From the NCBI GenBank assembly GCA_964016885.1, contig OZ024748.1, forward strand, positions 26,102,001 to 26,166,000: 64,000 nucleotides of DNA. Direction: 5' to 3'. Below the pieces are notes generated by a model, which was given only the letters and a program-made list of their open reading frames with translations, did not search any database and was not told the origin of the DNA. The DNA is from Eledone cirrhosa (taxonomy: Eukaryota). This document shows, in pieces, positions 42,052-53,634 of this stretch. Within the stretch, counting starts at the first letter, position 1. The number at the start of each line of letters is the position of its first letter. The translations under genes were made by a program, and so were the position numbers.

Positions 42052-42280
42052 AGGGCCGTGGTGGATTGGCAGTATCGGTAGAGGGTCGGACGCCATGCTT
42101 TGCAGCATAAAGTTACGGCCCTTTATGATCTGAGTTCAAATCCCGCCGAAGTTAACTTTGCCTTCCATCCTTACGGGGTCGATAAAATAAAGTACCAGTA
42201 ATGCACTGGTGTCGATTTAATCGACTTTCCGCTCCCCCAAAATTGCTGGCCTTCTGCCAAAAGTTGAAATAATTATTATT
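42052..42280 (+). mobile_element. Full-length tRNA-derived SINE
   Basis: GGATTGGCAGTATCGGTAGA (A box), GAGTTCAAATCCC (B box), central domain, (ATT)n tail. Confidence 0.85.
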
Positions 42281-42282
42281 AC

Positions 42283-42830
42283 GGCCGTTTACGGACATCC
42301 TCAAGGCAGCTGGATTCGGTCCTGTCTGCAGAGGCTGGATAGCGGCATCTGCCCGGTGGTCAAAGTTAATGGCCACCTCTCGGAACCGTTTCAGATCTCC
42401 CGATTGGTCCGTCAAAGGTGCCCTCTCTACCCCCTTCTGTACGTATTGACTTTCGAGCCTTTACTGCGGAAACTGGAGCTGTTGCAGGGAATCCCGATCG
42501 AACCGGGACGCGGAAAGGGCTGTCTCGGCTTATGCAGACATCACCGTGATGACGTCGAACACCTCAGAAATCGAGTTTGTCGGCACCCTCTTGGGGGAAT
42601 ATGAAAGGTTGATGGGAGCGAAACTAAACCCAGAAAAGTCGGTGGGATTGCAGCTCGGCACCTGGAGAGGCAAGTCCATGCTGTGCAAAAGCGTCGTCGG
42701 GCGCTGGACAAACGGACCGGTTGCTCGGGGTTTGGTTCAGATCAGACCTCCAGGTAGATAAGAATTGGGACGAGGTGACGATCAGGGTAGCCACTCTTAC
42801 CCAGAAATGGGCCAAGAGGAAGCTATCTCT
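42283..42830 (+). pseudogene. L1/Tx1-clade RT fragment
   Basis: VKVNGHLSEPFQISRLVRQRCPLYPLLYVLTFEPLLRKL, an AYAD(D)-like segment, AKLNPEKS, LGVWF. Confidence 0.78.
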
Positions 42831-42924
42831 AATTTTTTTTACTCGATTGCATGTAAACCCTCTAATGCCCCGTCTTTGTATTGTGTGGTGTATTAATCTT
42901 AAACAGAGGCAAAATTAAATTAAA

Positions 42925-44285
42925 AGCATTGAGGGGTTGGTGTTGCCACCAGGGAAGGTTATGAAGTAAATAGAAGAAGGTTATAAGTCTTAGGGATATT
43001 GGAAGTTGATAAGATAATACAGGAGGAAATGAAAGAAAAATTTAAGGTGGAATACATGCACAGACTGAGATTTATTCTCAAGTCAAAACTGAATGGACGG
43101 AATAAGATGGAAGCTATCAATACATGGGTGGTATCATTCTTTAGATATGAGGTGGGGGTGATCACGTGGACAGTGGAATAACTAAACAGTTTAGACTGAC
43201 AGGACAAGAAAGATATTGACTAGATATGGGATTGTTCACCCAAAGAGTGACACTGACAGATTAAATGTACCAAGAAAAAGAGTAGGAAGAGGACTGATAG
43301 GGTGTGAGCACAGCATTAGAACAGAAGAAAATAACATGCCGTGGTACATAAACAATTCCACAGAACCACTGTTGCTGGAAGTAAGAAGATCAGAGATATG
43401 CGAAATAGAAGATTACAAAGAAAAAAACATAGTACAAGCATTTGAAGATGGATGAAACTGAAAGTAGATGGACAGAAAAAAGAATGTATGGACAATTTCA
43501 TAGAGATGTTGAAGATAGGACAGATAGAGAAAAAAGGTGATTATGGATGGCTAAAAGTGATCTAAAACTGGAAACATAATAATCTGTGCTGCTCAAGAAC
43601 AAACACTAAGAACTAACTACATCAAGCATAGAGTAGACCACACAGAAGAAAGTGATAAGTGTAGAATTTGTGGCATGAATGGAGAAATTGTATGGCTTAT
43701 TACCAGTCAATGCACACCACTAGCTCAGAAAGAATATAATAGACTTCACGACAACATAACAAGGATAGTTCATTGGGCACTTTGTGGCAAATATGCACTT
43801 GAGAGAGCAAAAAAAGAGCGTTATCGAAAATGGTAATACAAAGATCCTGAGGAACTTTGTGATATAGTGTGACCATGAGATTGAACATAGGAGACCAGAT
43901 TTTGTATTAACTGAGAAAGAAAGCAAACAGTGTTGGATCATAAATATAGCCTATAACAAGAAGGAAAATAATTGATAGATATGACAGGTTAGCTTGGGAG
44001 GTTAAGCAGTTATGGTCACCGAAAAAGGTGGTGGTAATACCAATAATAATTGGTTGTCTTAGCACAGTGAGTAAAGAACTTGAGAAGTACATTAAATAAA
44101 TAGGGATTGCAATACAGATGGAACACTTACAAAAAACAGCATTGCTTGTAACAGCTCAAATACTCTGGAGGGTACTTGAAAAATAAGGGCTGTTACCTCA
44201 GGTCACTGGTAGTGAACAGCTAACACAGTAATACATCTCCAGCGTTAGAAGATATGCGAAGAAACAATAATAATGATAATAATAT
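42925..44285 (+). mobile_element. R4/Dong-clade LINE 3' fragment
   Basis: LKSKLNGRNKMEAINTW, HPKSDTDRL-x-VPRK-x-x-GRGL, CRICG, HDN and RRPD (CCHC plus RLE); (TAA)n-like tail; many stops. Confidence 0.8.
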
Positions 44286-44354
44286 ATAATAATACTATAA
44301 ATAACAATCGTAGTGAAATACTATATTACATAATCATCACATAATATATCACGT

Positions 44355-44386
<32 letters not shown>

Positions 44387-45049
44387 ATAATAGTATAAAT
44401 AATAAACGCAGTGAAATATTATATCATATGATCATCACATCTATATCATATATTTATAATAATTGTTTCTACTTTTGGCACAAGGCCAGCAATTACCCAG
44501 TACATTTCTGGTACTTTATTTTATCGACCCGTATGGATGAAAGGCAAAGTTAACCTCGGCGGGATTTGAACTCAGATCGTAAAGGGACGTAACTCTATGC
44601 TAGAAAGCATGTCCGACTAGAAAGCATGTCATAGTGAAATATTCACTATATTATATAAGTACCACGTCTATGTTATATACTTTATTCCCACATACTAATT
44701 TTAGTATATTACCTACATAGAAAATTGCTTGATATAATCTACACCCAAATGTTTCTTTTACTCGAGGTGCACTTTAGAAAAGCTAAAAGTATTTTGGTGC
44801 TCCTACTTTAATTCAAAAATGTATTCAAAAGACGTATTCACACATATTAGTCTAGTCTAAAATAGAAATATATATAATCAAAAATACAGAAGAAATATTG
44901 GTATTTCCAGCTTTAGTCAATACATTATACAAAGCTATTTTGATATTGCGGCAAGTCCATTCACTCTGAGTTTAAATACCGCCGATGTTAGGTTTGCCTT
45001 TCATCCTTACGAGATCGATAAAATAAAGTATTAGTAATGCACTGGTCGA

Positions 45050-45860
45050 GCAGAGAAACGTAAGAATATTTGCAGATGATTCCAAGCTCCAATAGAGTGG
45101 AGGACCGGTCATGCCTTCAATCATGTCTACTTGCTGTTATCCAATGGGCGAAAAATAAACAAAACAATATGTTACTGAACGAGAATAAATTTGAACTAAT
45201 CCACTTTGGAAAAAAGGATGCACTGAAACTATCATATTCTCTTCCCCCAGGTGAAACCCTCGTGGCATCCAACAACACTAGAGACCTGGGAATAGTTGTT
45301 GATAACAACATAAGCTGGGATTCTCACATAAGCAGCAAAGATGACATGGCCCGCAGAATGTGTTCCTGGATTCTCAGAACTTTCCAGTCGAGAGATATCC
45401 ACACCATGATCCTTCACTTCTCTACTTTTGACAGGCCCTACATTGAATGCGGGGTGTCCACTGTGGTCTCTCCACATGAAACAAAGTATTATGAAAATTG
45501 AAGCACCTCAAAGGTCAATCACAAAAAAAAAGGATAGACGACATGACAGGTCTTGACAATTGGAGTAGACTAGAAAAACTCAAACTCTACTCCAACAGCG
45601 CTACATTATCCGCCTACAACAAAAATCAAATTCGTATCCCATAACAACATTACGGCACAATTATGTCACCTCAACTGGTCCCGATCTCTAAAATTACACC
45701 AAAACACAGAAAAGCAGAAAAAAGATCCCATAAAATTCAAAACGTCTTTGGACAAATTCCTTCAGAAATTCCAGATAAACCCCTACATCCGGATATGTCT
45801 TCGAAAACAATAACTCTCTACTTGAGTGAGCCATGGTGTGCTATTACGTTAGACATAACC
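45050..45860 (+). pseudogene. CR1/L2-clade RT 3' fragment
   Basis: IFADDSKL, LNENKFELIHFG, RDLGIVVDNNISWDSHI. Confidence 0.8.
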
Positions 45861-45892
45861 TGGGGCAATACTGGTTGTAACTTATATATATA

Positions 45893-46290
45893 TATAACAA
45901 AGAAAGTGTGGTAAGAAACCAGGTGGACCATAACGCACCGGAGTACTCGATACTTAAGGTAGGAATAAGTCAGGACCCCTATGGCTGAGCTCCGGTCGTT
46001 TCGTCAGCTAAATCCGAACTAAGCCACCAGTATTAGGACGGCGGGAATCTAGCTGAGCTTATCAAGGGGTACAGTCCATATATGGGCATCATGCAATAAG
46101 AAACAAGCAGAAATATCAAATCAAACAATCCTAAAAAATCGTTGTTTTTCTTGTCTGTCACGGGGAGTCAATGATAAGTACCCCTTGATGAGTTCAGCTA
46201 GATTCCCACCGTCCTAATACAGCTGGCTTAGTTCGGAACTAACTGTCGAAACGGCCGGAGCTCAGCCTTGGGGTCCTGTCTCTTTTCCTA
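45893..46290. mobile_element. Solo inverted pair of Naiad-type pLTRs, each with a hammerhead (45975-46070 minus; 46180-46274 plus)
   Basis: Arms are reverse-complement homologs of each other and of 3810-3932; (TA)n on both flanks; no ORF. Confidence 0.75.
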
Positions 46291-46441
46291 TATATATATA
46301 TGGACTTTGCCTTTCATCCTTACGGGGTCGATAAAATAAAGTACCAGTCACGCACTGGGGTCGATTTAATTGACTTTCCCCTCCCCCAAAATTGCTGGCC
46401 TTGTGCCTATATAAGAAACCATTATTATTATTATTATTATA

Positions 46442-46548
46442 GAAATGACTTCTACAGGACCAGAACTGTTTCATTTGTAAGAAATCACCAGGAAAGTCCT
46501 GATGATTTCTTACGAATGAAACAGTTCTGGTCCTGTAGAAGTCATTTC
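46442..46548. ncRNA. Palindromic double hammerhead (family of 35864 and 40582)
   Basis: Inverted repeat. The plus core is CTGATGA-TTTC-TTAC-GAAT-GAAA-CAG...CTG-TA-GAAG; the minus core is mutated (CTGGTGA). Confidence 0.7.
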
Positions 46549-46618
46549 ACTAATAAAATGAATATACCTACACTCTTCATTTTTGACAGTGGTCGCCTCC
46601 CGATTTAAATTGGGATCC

Positions 46619-46694
<76 letters not shown>

Positions 46695-46780
46695 GAAAAA
46701 TTTGAACAGGGACAAAACAGAGAGGCAGTACAATAAATGTTTATTAATTTCACGGTCAGGAGAGTGGGGGGTAGGTGGGG

Positions 46781-46814
46781 GACGACGTTTCGGGCATAAG
46801 CCCTTCCTCAGGTG
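46781..46814 (-). ncRNA. Minimal hammerhead motif
   Basis: AC-CTGAGGA-A-GGGC-TTAT-GCCC-GAAA-CGTC-GT. Confidence 0.65.
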
Positions 46815-47058
46815 AGAAGTGTGTGGGAACAGAGTCCAAAAGGTGTGTAGGGGAGTGGTGGAGAGACATATAGCGAAAGGAAACGGTGCGAATGAAAAAA
46901 AACAAATAAAGATAAAAAATAAAAATAAAGCATGATCAAAATACAAGGAATGAGAAAATTTAAAAATAAAGGCATGATCAAAATAAACTGAAATTAAAAT
47001 ATATATATATAATGAAATAAATATGGTTTTATAAATATAGTTTCCATTTATTAATATC

Positions 47059-47162
<104 letters not shown>

Positions 47163-47744
47163 ATAATCCACAAACATAGCTTTGTTACAATTCGGTGATG
47201 AAACCGAATATTATTTCTGTATTTATTCGGCCAGTAAGACAAAGTGTTATGTGCTAATATATAGTAATAGTAATTTATATCGAGAAATCACAAAAGAAAT
47301 CTTTGTCGAGCAGCTGTGATATTAGTGATATTATCAAGCCAATTAATTATATTATTAGGGTTTGTGTTATTGACACGGCGAGGATGAAAGGCCAAGATGT
47401 CAGCCGTGTCGTGACTTACAATGAGAATATAGAAGCAACGAAATAGAACATTAATCCGGCACTCCATCGTTTCAACTAACGTCCCGCCCTTTATGTATAC
47501 AAATACTAAATTACGTTATAAAATATATCACTAATGTTAACTTGTTTTGACTGAGAGCAAAGACAACTTTGGTGGGAGAGGGTAGGTAGAATCAGGGTCG
47601 CATAAATCAATCCCACCATATCGTTTGTTTGTTTGTTTTATTGACCCAGGAGGATAAAAATAAAAATCTAGTCTGGTGGAATTTTAAGTCTGAACACACA
47701 CACACACACGCACGCACGCGTACACACACACACACACACACACG

Positions 47745-47781
<37 letters not shown>

Positions 47782-47790
47782 ACACACACA

Positions 47791-47827
<37 letters not shown>

Positions 47828-50370
47828 CTTGATAATAGTTGCAGACAAATATTTATTTCTTATCTAAGCGCAGAAAAATGACACATTTTAGAAAATAGAA
47901 AATGAAGGCAAAAGAAAATACTTTATAATAATTAATGAATTATATAATAATAGAAATATAATATATATTTAAATAAAGGTGGGGAAGGTAATGAAGGCAC
48001 ACACACTCAATCCCGCAGCAAAAGTGACGCTGGTTTTTCTCTCTTATAACTTTTGAAGCAAGCCAACAACAAGCTTGCAAGATAGGGCCACACAATCTGC
48101 AGGAGGCTGAAAAATAACTAAAAGGCATGTTTTGATTTTTTTTGTGGGATCTTCTGGTGTAATTTTTTAACCAGAGGAGTGAGGCCTTCAAGCTTAGGGT
48201 CACAACATGTTTAAACCCAGCACTGCTCACGAGGAATTGAAACCTAAGTTCGGAATTGTGAGAATTGGTTGTACGGACAGGAAATTAGCTCTACAGTACA
48301 CGACACTACTAAAATCTGTCAAAATATCGCTGATATTTCTAGTAAGAAGGTTCCAGGCCAACATATATCAATAGGGATGTGTATAATAGTTTGAATCAAA
48401 GCCAAATATATTAGTAGCACTTTAATTTATCTACTTTATTAGGATGAAATACAAAATCTCCCCCAACAGGATTAGAACTCAGAACATAGAAGAACGAAAG
48501 TTAATACGCTGAGAGATTTTGGCCCCGCACTCAACTATTTTTGCCAACTTACCACCCTATCTATATATGAACAAAATGTTGACTACATCATGTAATGTGG
48601 AAAGAAAATATTTGTATTGGTGTATAAGAGAAATAACTACCACCACACCATCATTACAGTTTAAAACACCCACACCCTTGTAGCATTACATTTTATAATA
48701 AAATATGTAAAATATGTTTATGAAGATTTTCTCTAATAACTAACAGTAAATTGATCAACCATTTTGCCAACTGTGTTTACTTTCTGCAGTTCCAACAGAT
48801 TGACTGTGTTGTTTTTAATTTTGTTTTTAATGTTATTTTTGACATTGTTTTTAATGTTCCCTCCCAATGCTTTACGTCTATCAAAAGTAATTAAAATGGC
48901 TGACTTGAAACAATTTCATTCAAGAAAATGAAACGAAGATCTTAAACCCCACTGCTTGGCTGATACATTTATTGGTTCTCACTATTTATTTATCAATTTA
49001 TTTATTTATCTATTTATTTATTTTAACATTCGACATTTTAATAGAACAGAAATATCGGAAATATTTAAGTGTAAAGACTCAAAACTCCAAGTTTGACATT
49101 GAACATAATTAAATGAAATTAAATACATTAAGTTTTCAGAAAACCGCTGAACTCAAGAACATTATAATAATTTATGCAGTTTAGTAACGTAAAAGAATTA
49201 TCACATAATTACAGGTTCGGTTTTTGTGGTTCAAAGCTCCTTTACACGCTGTTGCCTCGCAAATGTCTTTTTCAAATAAACACAATTATATGATCGTTAA
49301 GTTGGTTTTGTTGTTCATATATACACAAATTAAAACAAAATACTCCACATTACACACAAATAGGGACCGTTACTGGGATACTTTCATATGGGGTGCATTA
49401 AATAACCATTAAATAACTAGTAACAATCTTATTCCTTTTTAATCATAGATACATCGCGAAAGTTTATCAATATATAGGCACTAATTAGTCATATTTAAAC
49501 AAACAAACAGTATCCCTAGTTGAGGCAGTGTAGGCCACATATTGAATCTATATTTTTACATAATTCTACCTTTCAATTGAGTTATATGTTTGTCAGCTTT
49601 TCGTCTATCTACATCTTACATATTTAAATAAAAATCCGTACATGTACAAACAAGCCTGTCCTTCCACATAGATGACGGAAAACTACAATTGAAATTTTCT
49701 GTTCCTACACATTTGAATAGTTGATAAAATCCTATGTGTGTGATAAACATCTCTAATATTTGGAAAATTTAAAAATAATAATAACATTTTGAACAGAAGC
49801 AGGCTTAACAGAGTGGAACTGAATATCAGTAAATAAAGATGATTTATATGTTTTGATGTAACAATAACGAAGGTATTTCCCCACGTCATATTGTTGATGA
49901 AATATATTGATTTCGTAGATTAATATATATATATACCATTATATAATATATTATTATAAGTCGAAGTTTACCATTATATAATATATTATTATAAGTTAAG
50001 GAGCTTGGGAGAGTAGAGCACGGATCTGTGACACTGATACGAATTTCTGTTTTTTAAAACACAAACGCCATGGGATAAATACATGTGATAACGTAACCCA
50101 GAGGTATGCAATTTTACTGAAGCAAATAGCTTTGGGAATATTTTGATTCAGCCCTCCCTACGGAGTTTGTTGTGGAAGCATTATTTTACGAAGGATAAAA
50201 GAAGGCATAGGGTGAGTAAAGTTGCTGAATCGCGTTATTTAGTCTCATTACAAGAGAAAAGAAAATAGTTCAATAGATAAATTAGGTTTATCCCTGTCCA
50301 TGTCAATGTGTTGAAATAAGTTAAAGTTATTAAACTTTGGGAGTCAGAGCACATACGTTCTTGCTGTGAC

Positions 50371-51185
50371 TCTTCTTCTTCACCCACTTATTCCTGAGAG
50401 GGCCGTGGGGGAAGAGTCCTCAAACATTCATTCCAGCGGATCCTGTCCTCAAACACCCATTCTAGAAGCAACCGTCTCCAACTGATCTCCGAGCTACGCA
50501 CTCTATCGAGAGTAACGTTACTTCAAAGATCCCACGGAGGAACCCCATTTCGGTCGCTTGTATTCGCGATCGTATTCTTTCGGTCTTTACCCAAGATTCA
50601 TGACCATAGGTAAGGGTTGACACGATTACCGAATTGAAGATAGTACATTTGGCTTTTACACCTACATCTCCTCTTCTGATTACCAAATGCTGAAGCTGGT
50701 GCAGTAATGCACCAGCTCATGCAATTTATGCACTTAATTTAGCCTCCAGCCTTCCATCACTCGTGAACACAGCCTCGAGATACTTGAACTTCTCTACCTG
50801 CTTCAGTGGAACTCCATTCACATGTAGAATGCACTGCACAGGCTTCCTTGAGAGGATGAGTGTCTCAGTTTTCACAGCACTGATTTTCATTCCAGCCATG
50901 CAGCACTCGGCATCAAGCCTATCGAGTGTAAGCCGGAGATCACTTTCTGTCGAGTTAAGTAACACCATGTCGTCTGCAAACTCCAACCGACTTATTTTAC
51001 ATCTGCCAGTCGTGATACCTTTTCCTCCCCGGCTGTGCATGTCAATCCTGTTCAAGAAAATAATGAACAAGAGAGGTGACAGTACGCACCCTTGGTGGAG
51101 TCCGACTCCCACATTGAATGGTTTTGATTTAGCACCATTTATCCGAACACAAATACTTGGGCATTTGTATAGAGACATCAGGGCT
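50371..51185 (-). mobile_element. RTE-clade LINE RT fragment
   Basis: GLHQGCVLSPLLFII, EFADD, MKISAVKTE, FKYL, LTYGHESW; (AAG)n tail. Confidence 0.85.
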
Positions 51186-51702
51186 GTGGAAGGTTCTGCT
51201 GTGACTCATCTCAGAAAATTTGCTAGCAATTGTGCTGATAATATTTTTAGTGTTTCAAGGGAGGTGGATTGGCAATAATCAATAGAGCGTTGGACAACAT
51301 GCTTTGTGGCAAATAGTTACGGCCCTTTACGTTCTGAGTTCAAATCTCGCCAAAGTTAACCTTACCTTTCATCTTTACGGGGTCACTAAAATAAAGTACC
51401 AGTAACGCAAAGGGCTCACTTTAATCAACTTTCACCTTCCACCAAACTGTTATCCTTGTCCCTAAATCAGAGACCATTATTTTGAGTGTTTCAACATGTT
51501 ATTCTTAAGCTCCTAGTTATTTGGATAGTTTGAGAAATAATTGTTTCTACTTTAGGCACAAGGCCAGCAATTACCCAGTACATTACTGGTACTTTATTTT
51601 ATCGACCCCGTAAGGATGAAAGGCGAAGGTTTCATATGGACATGAAAAGAATTGATAAAATTAGACTTTATAGAAGGTCAGAAAGTATTTACTCGATATT
51701 GC

Positions 51703-51819
51703 GATACGTTCTTATTTGTTTGGTATCGAGATACGTTGTTATTTGTTTGGTATCGAGATACGTTGTTATTTGTTTGGTATCGAGATACGTTGTTATTTGT
51801 TTGGTATCGAGATACGTTA
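51703..51819 (+). repeat. 27-bp tandem repeat, ~4 copies
   Basis: GATACGTTGTTATTTGTTTGGTATCGA. Confidence 0.88.
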
Positions 51820-53437
51820 TTACGTGTCACTCTTCACAATGAATGCATCTGTAAATACCCTGCTTCGTCTCTCTGAACCGACAGCCTGTATATTTGGTTT
51901 TCTAAATTAGTATCATGACATGTATTATCTTGAAAATAATAGAATGTTTATATCTTGACACATAGCAAATCAGAAATTTACAAGTGGACCAGTACCATTA
52001 GAAATGATGGCAATAGCATCGAACGTATTTAATTTTAGGAGTCTAGGATAGTTTTGTCATGTATACCTGGATTAATTGATATATGAACAAACACACAAAC
52101 TGGGAAATTTACGTTTCGATAAATTTATGGTTTTCATAAGAGAAACCCTATAGTCTGTGTAGAAGTGAATAAAGAAAAAATATTTTGATAATTTACTTCT
52201 AGATGTTCAGTATGTATGTAGAAATGACATACAGGATTAAACGTATGAGTAACTTTGGAGAAATAACTATTTACAGAGACAAATGTAGGGGGGTGGGGTG
52301 CGGTGAGGGGGAATAAGCAGGGGGGAGGGGATTCGTAATTTTACTAGGATGTCTCCGTTGATTTTTAAAAACCAGAATTAGTCATTTAGTTTACATATTG
52401 GACATCTGCATATTCTATTTTATAATGTATGGGATTTCGAGTATTGTTGAAAATGAATTGTCGCAGGAATGCTACCATTTAAAATAATATTTCGCCGGGG
52501 ATAGATTAGCAAAATTTAATAAGCGAAAGAAGGGGAGGGGCACTTATTCGAGACCCTAGAGTACATATGTAAAAACAGTGACATAGTTTTTATTTGAATC
52601 ATTTGTGTTTTTATTGTTTTCATAAGTTTTAAAATTTCTAAAGTTGACGTGATATTTACAACCTTTGTGACTGTGACCAGAACAACGAACGCCCATTCTC
52701 TGACGTCACTCTTAATAAGGTTCCGTGTAAGGAGAGAATCCGGTGTTCCCACAGGTATTCAAACAAGTAAATCACAACCTTTCACAACTAGATTTCACGA
52801 TCATCATCTCAGTTCTCCAATTCTCTCTTCGTTTCCAAACTCTGTTAGCCTGTTGCTGTCTATCAGGAACAGCACCCCCACCACTACCACCGGTTAAGTT
52901 AAGGAGAGGAGAAATAATCCACAATACATGACAACATTCGATATTATATTTCAGCTTTCCAGTTCGTTGAATAATTTATTTATGCCAACAAGTATTGATC
53001 GCTCTCTGATAGGTTTGTGGTCGAGCCTGTGATAGTGGAAACCTCCGGCGTTCATCGTCCCCCGGACCATATCCCTACACACTATTATCTGAGTACAGTT
53101 GGTCCTCAGACCACACCCCTGCTCACTGTTATCGGAGTGCAGTTGGCTATCCGCAAGTGCGAGCCCCGTGAGATAGAATGGCTGCGGCTGTTCCAAGATT
53201 CATCATTCCCCCGGAGCAATGTTTTCTCCATCCTGTGCTCCGGGATCACGTGGTGGACTGACCCTTAACTTGCTTGGATAGATTTGAAGACAATTGCACC
53301 AATGCTGCTTTTCACTGAATTTATAGAAGAAACTTGTTATTTATACCAACACCCTAACACTAACCCTAGACCCAACCTTCACCTCGACTTTAATGTTAAC
53401 CCTAACCCAACTCTACCAAATCACCCACATTAATTAA

Positions 53438-53620
53438 TTGGCAGTATCGGTAGAGAGTCGGACACCATGGTTTGCAGCATAGAGTTACGGCCCTTTATGG
53501 CCTGAGTTCAAATCCCGCCGGGGTTAACTTTGCCTTTCATCCTCACGGGGTCGAAAAAATAAAGCACCAGTAATGCACTGGGGTAATTGCTGGCCTTGTG
53601 CCAAAAGTAGAAACAATTAA
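53438..53620 (+). mobile_element. tRNA-derived SINE
   Basis: Same family as 42052-42280. Confidence 0.82.
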
Positions 53621-53634
53621 TTAAATAGGACAAA

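Noticed and set aside
42052-42150. tRNA genes at A/B-box sequences (also ~39555-39610 and ~8770-8835)
   Set aside because: No proper cloverleaf or acceptor stem; most run into SINE bodies, so they are treated as SINE heads.
47191-47209. TTCGGTGATGAAACCGAA hairpin as a hammerhead
   Set aside because: Lacks the CUGA core, stem II and an NUH site; a simple hairpin.
52951-53268. GC-richer ORFs on both strands
   Set aside because: No recognisable motif or splice sites; probably a decayed TE piece that cannot be assigned by eye.
53348-53417. CCCTAA-like repeats as telomere
   Set aside because: Short and highly degenerate.
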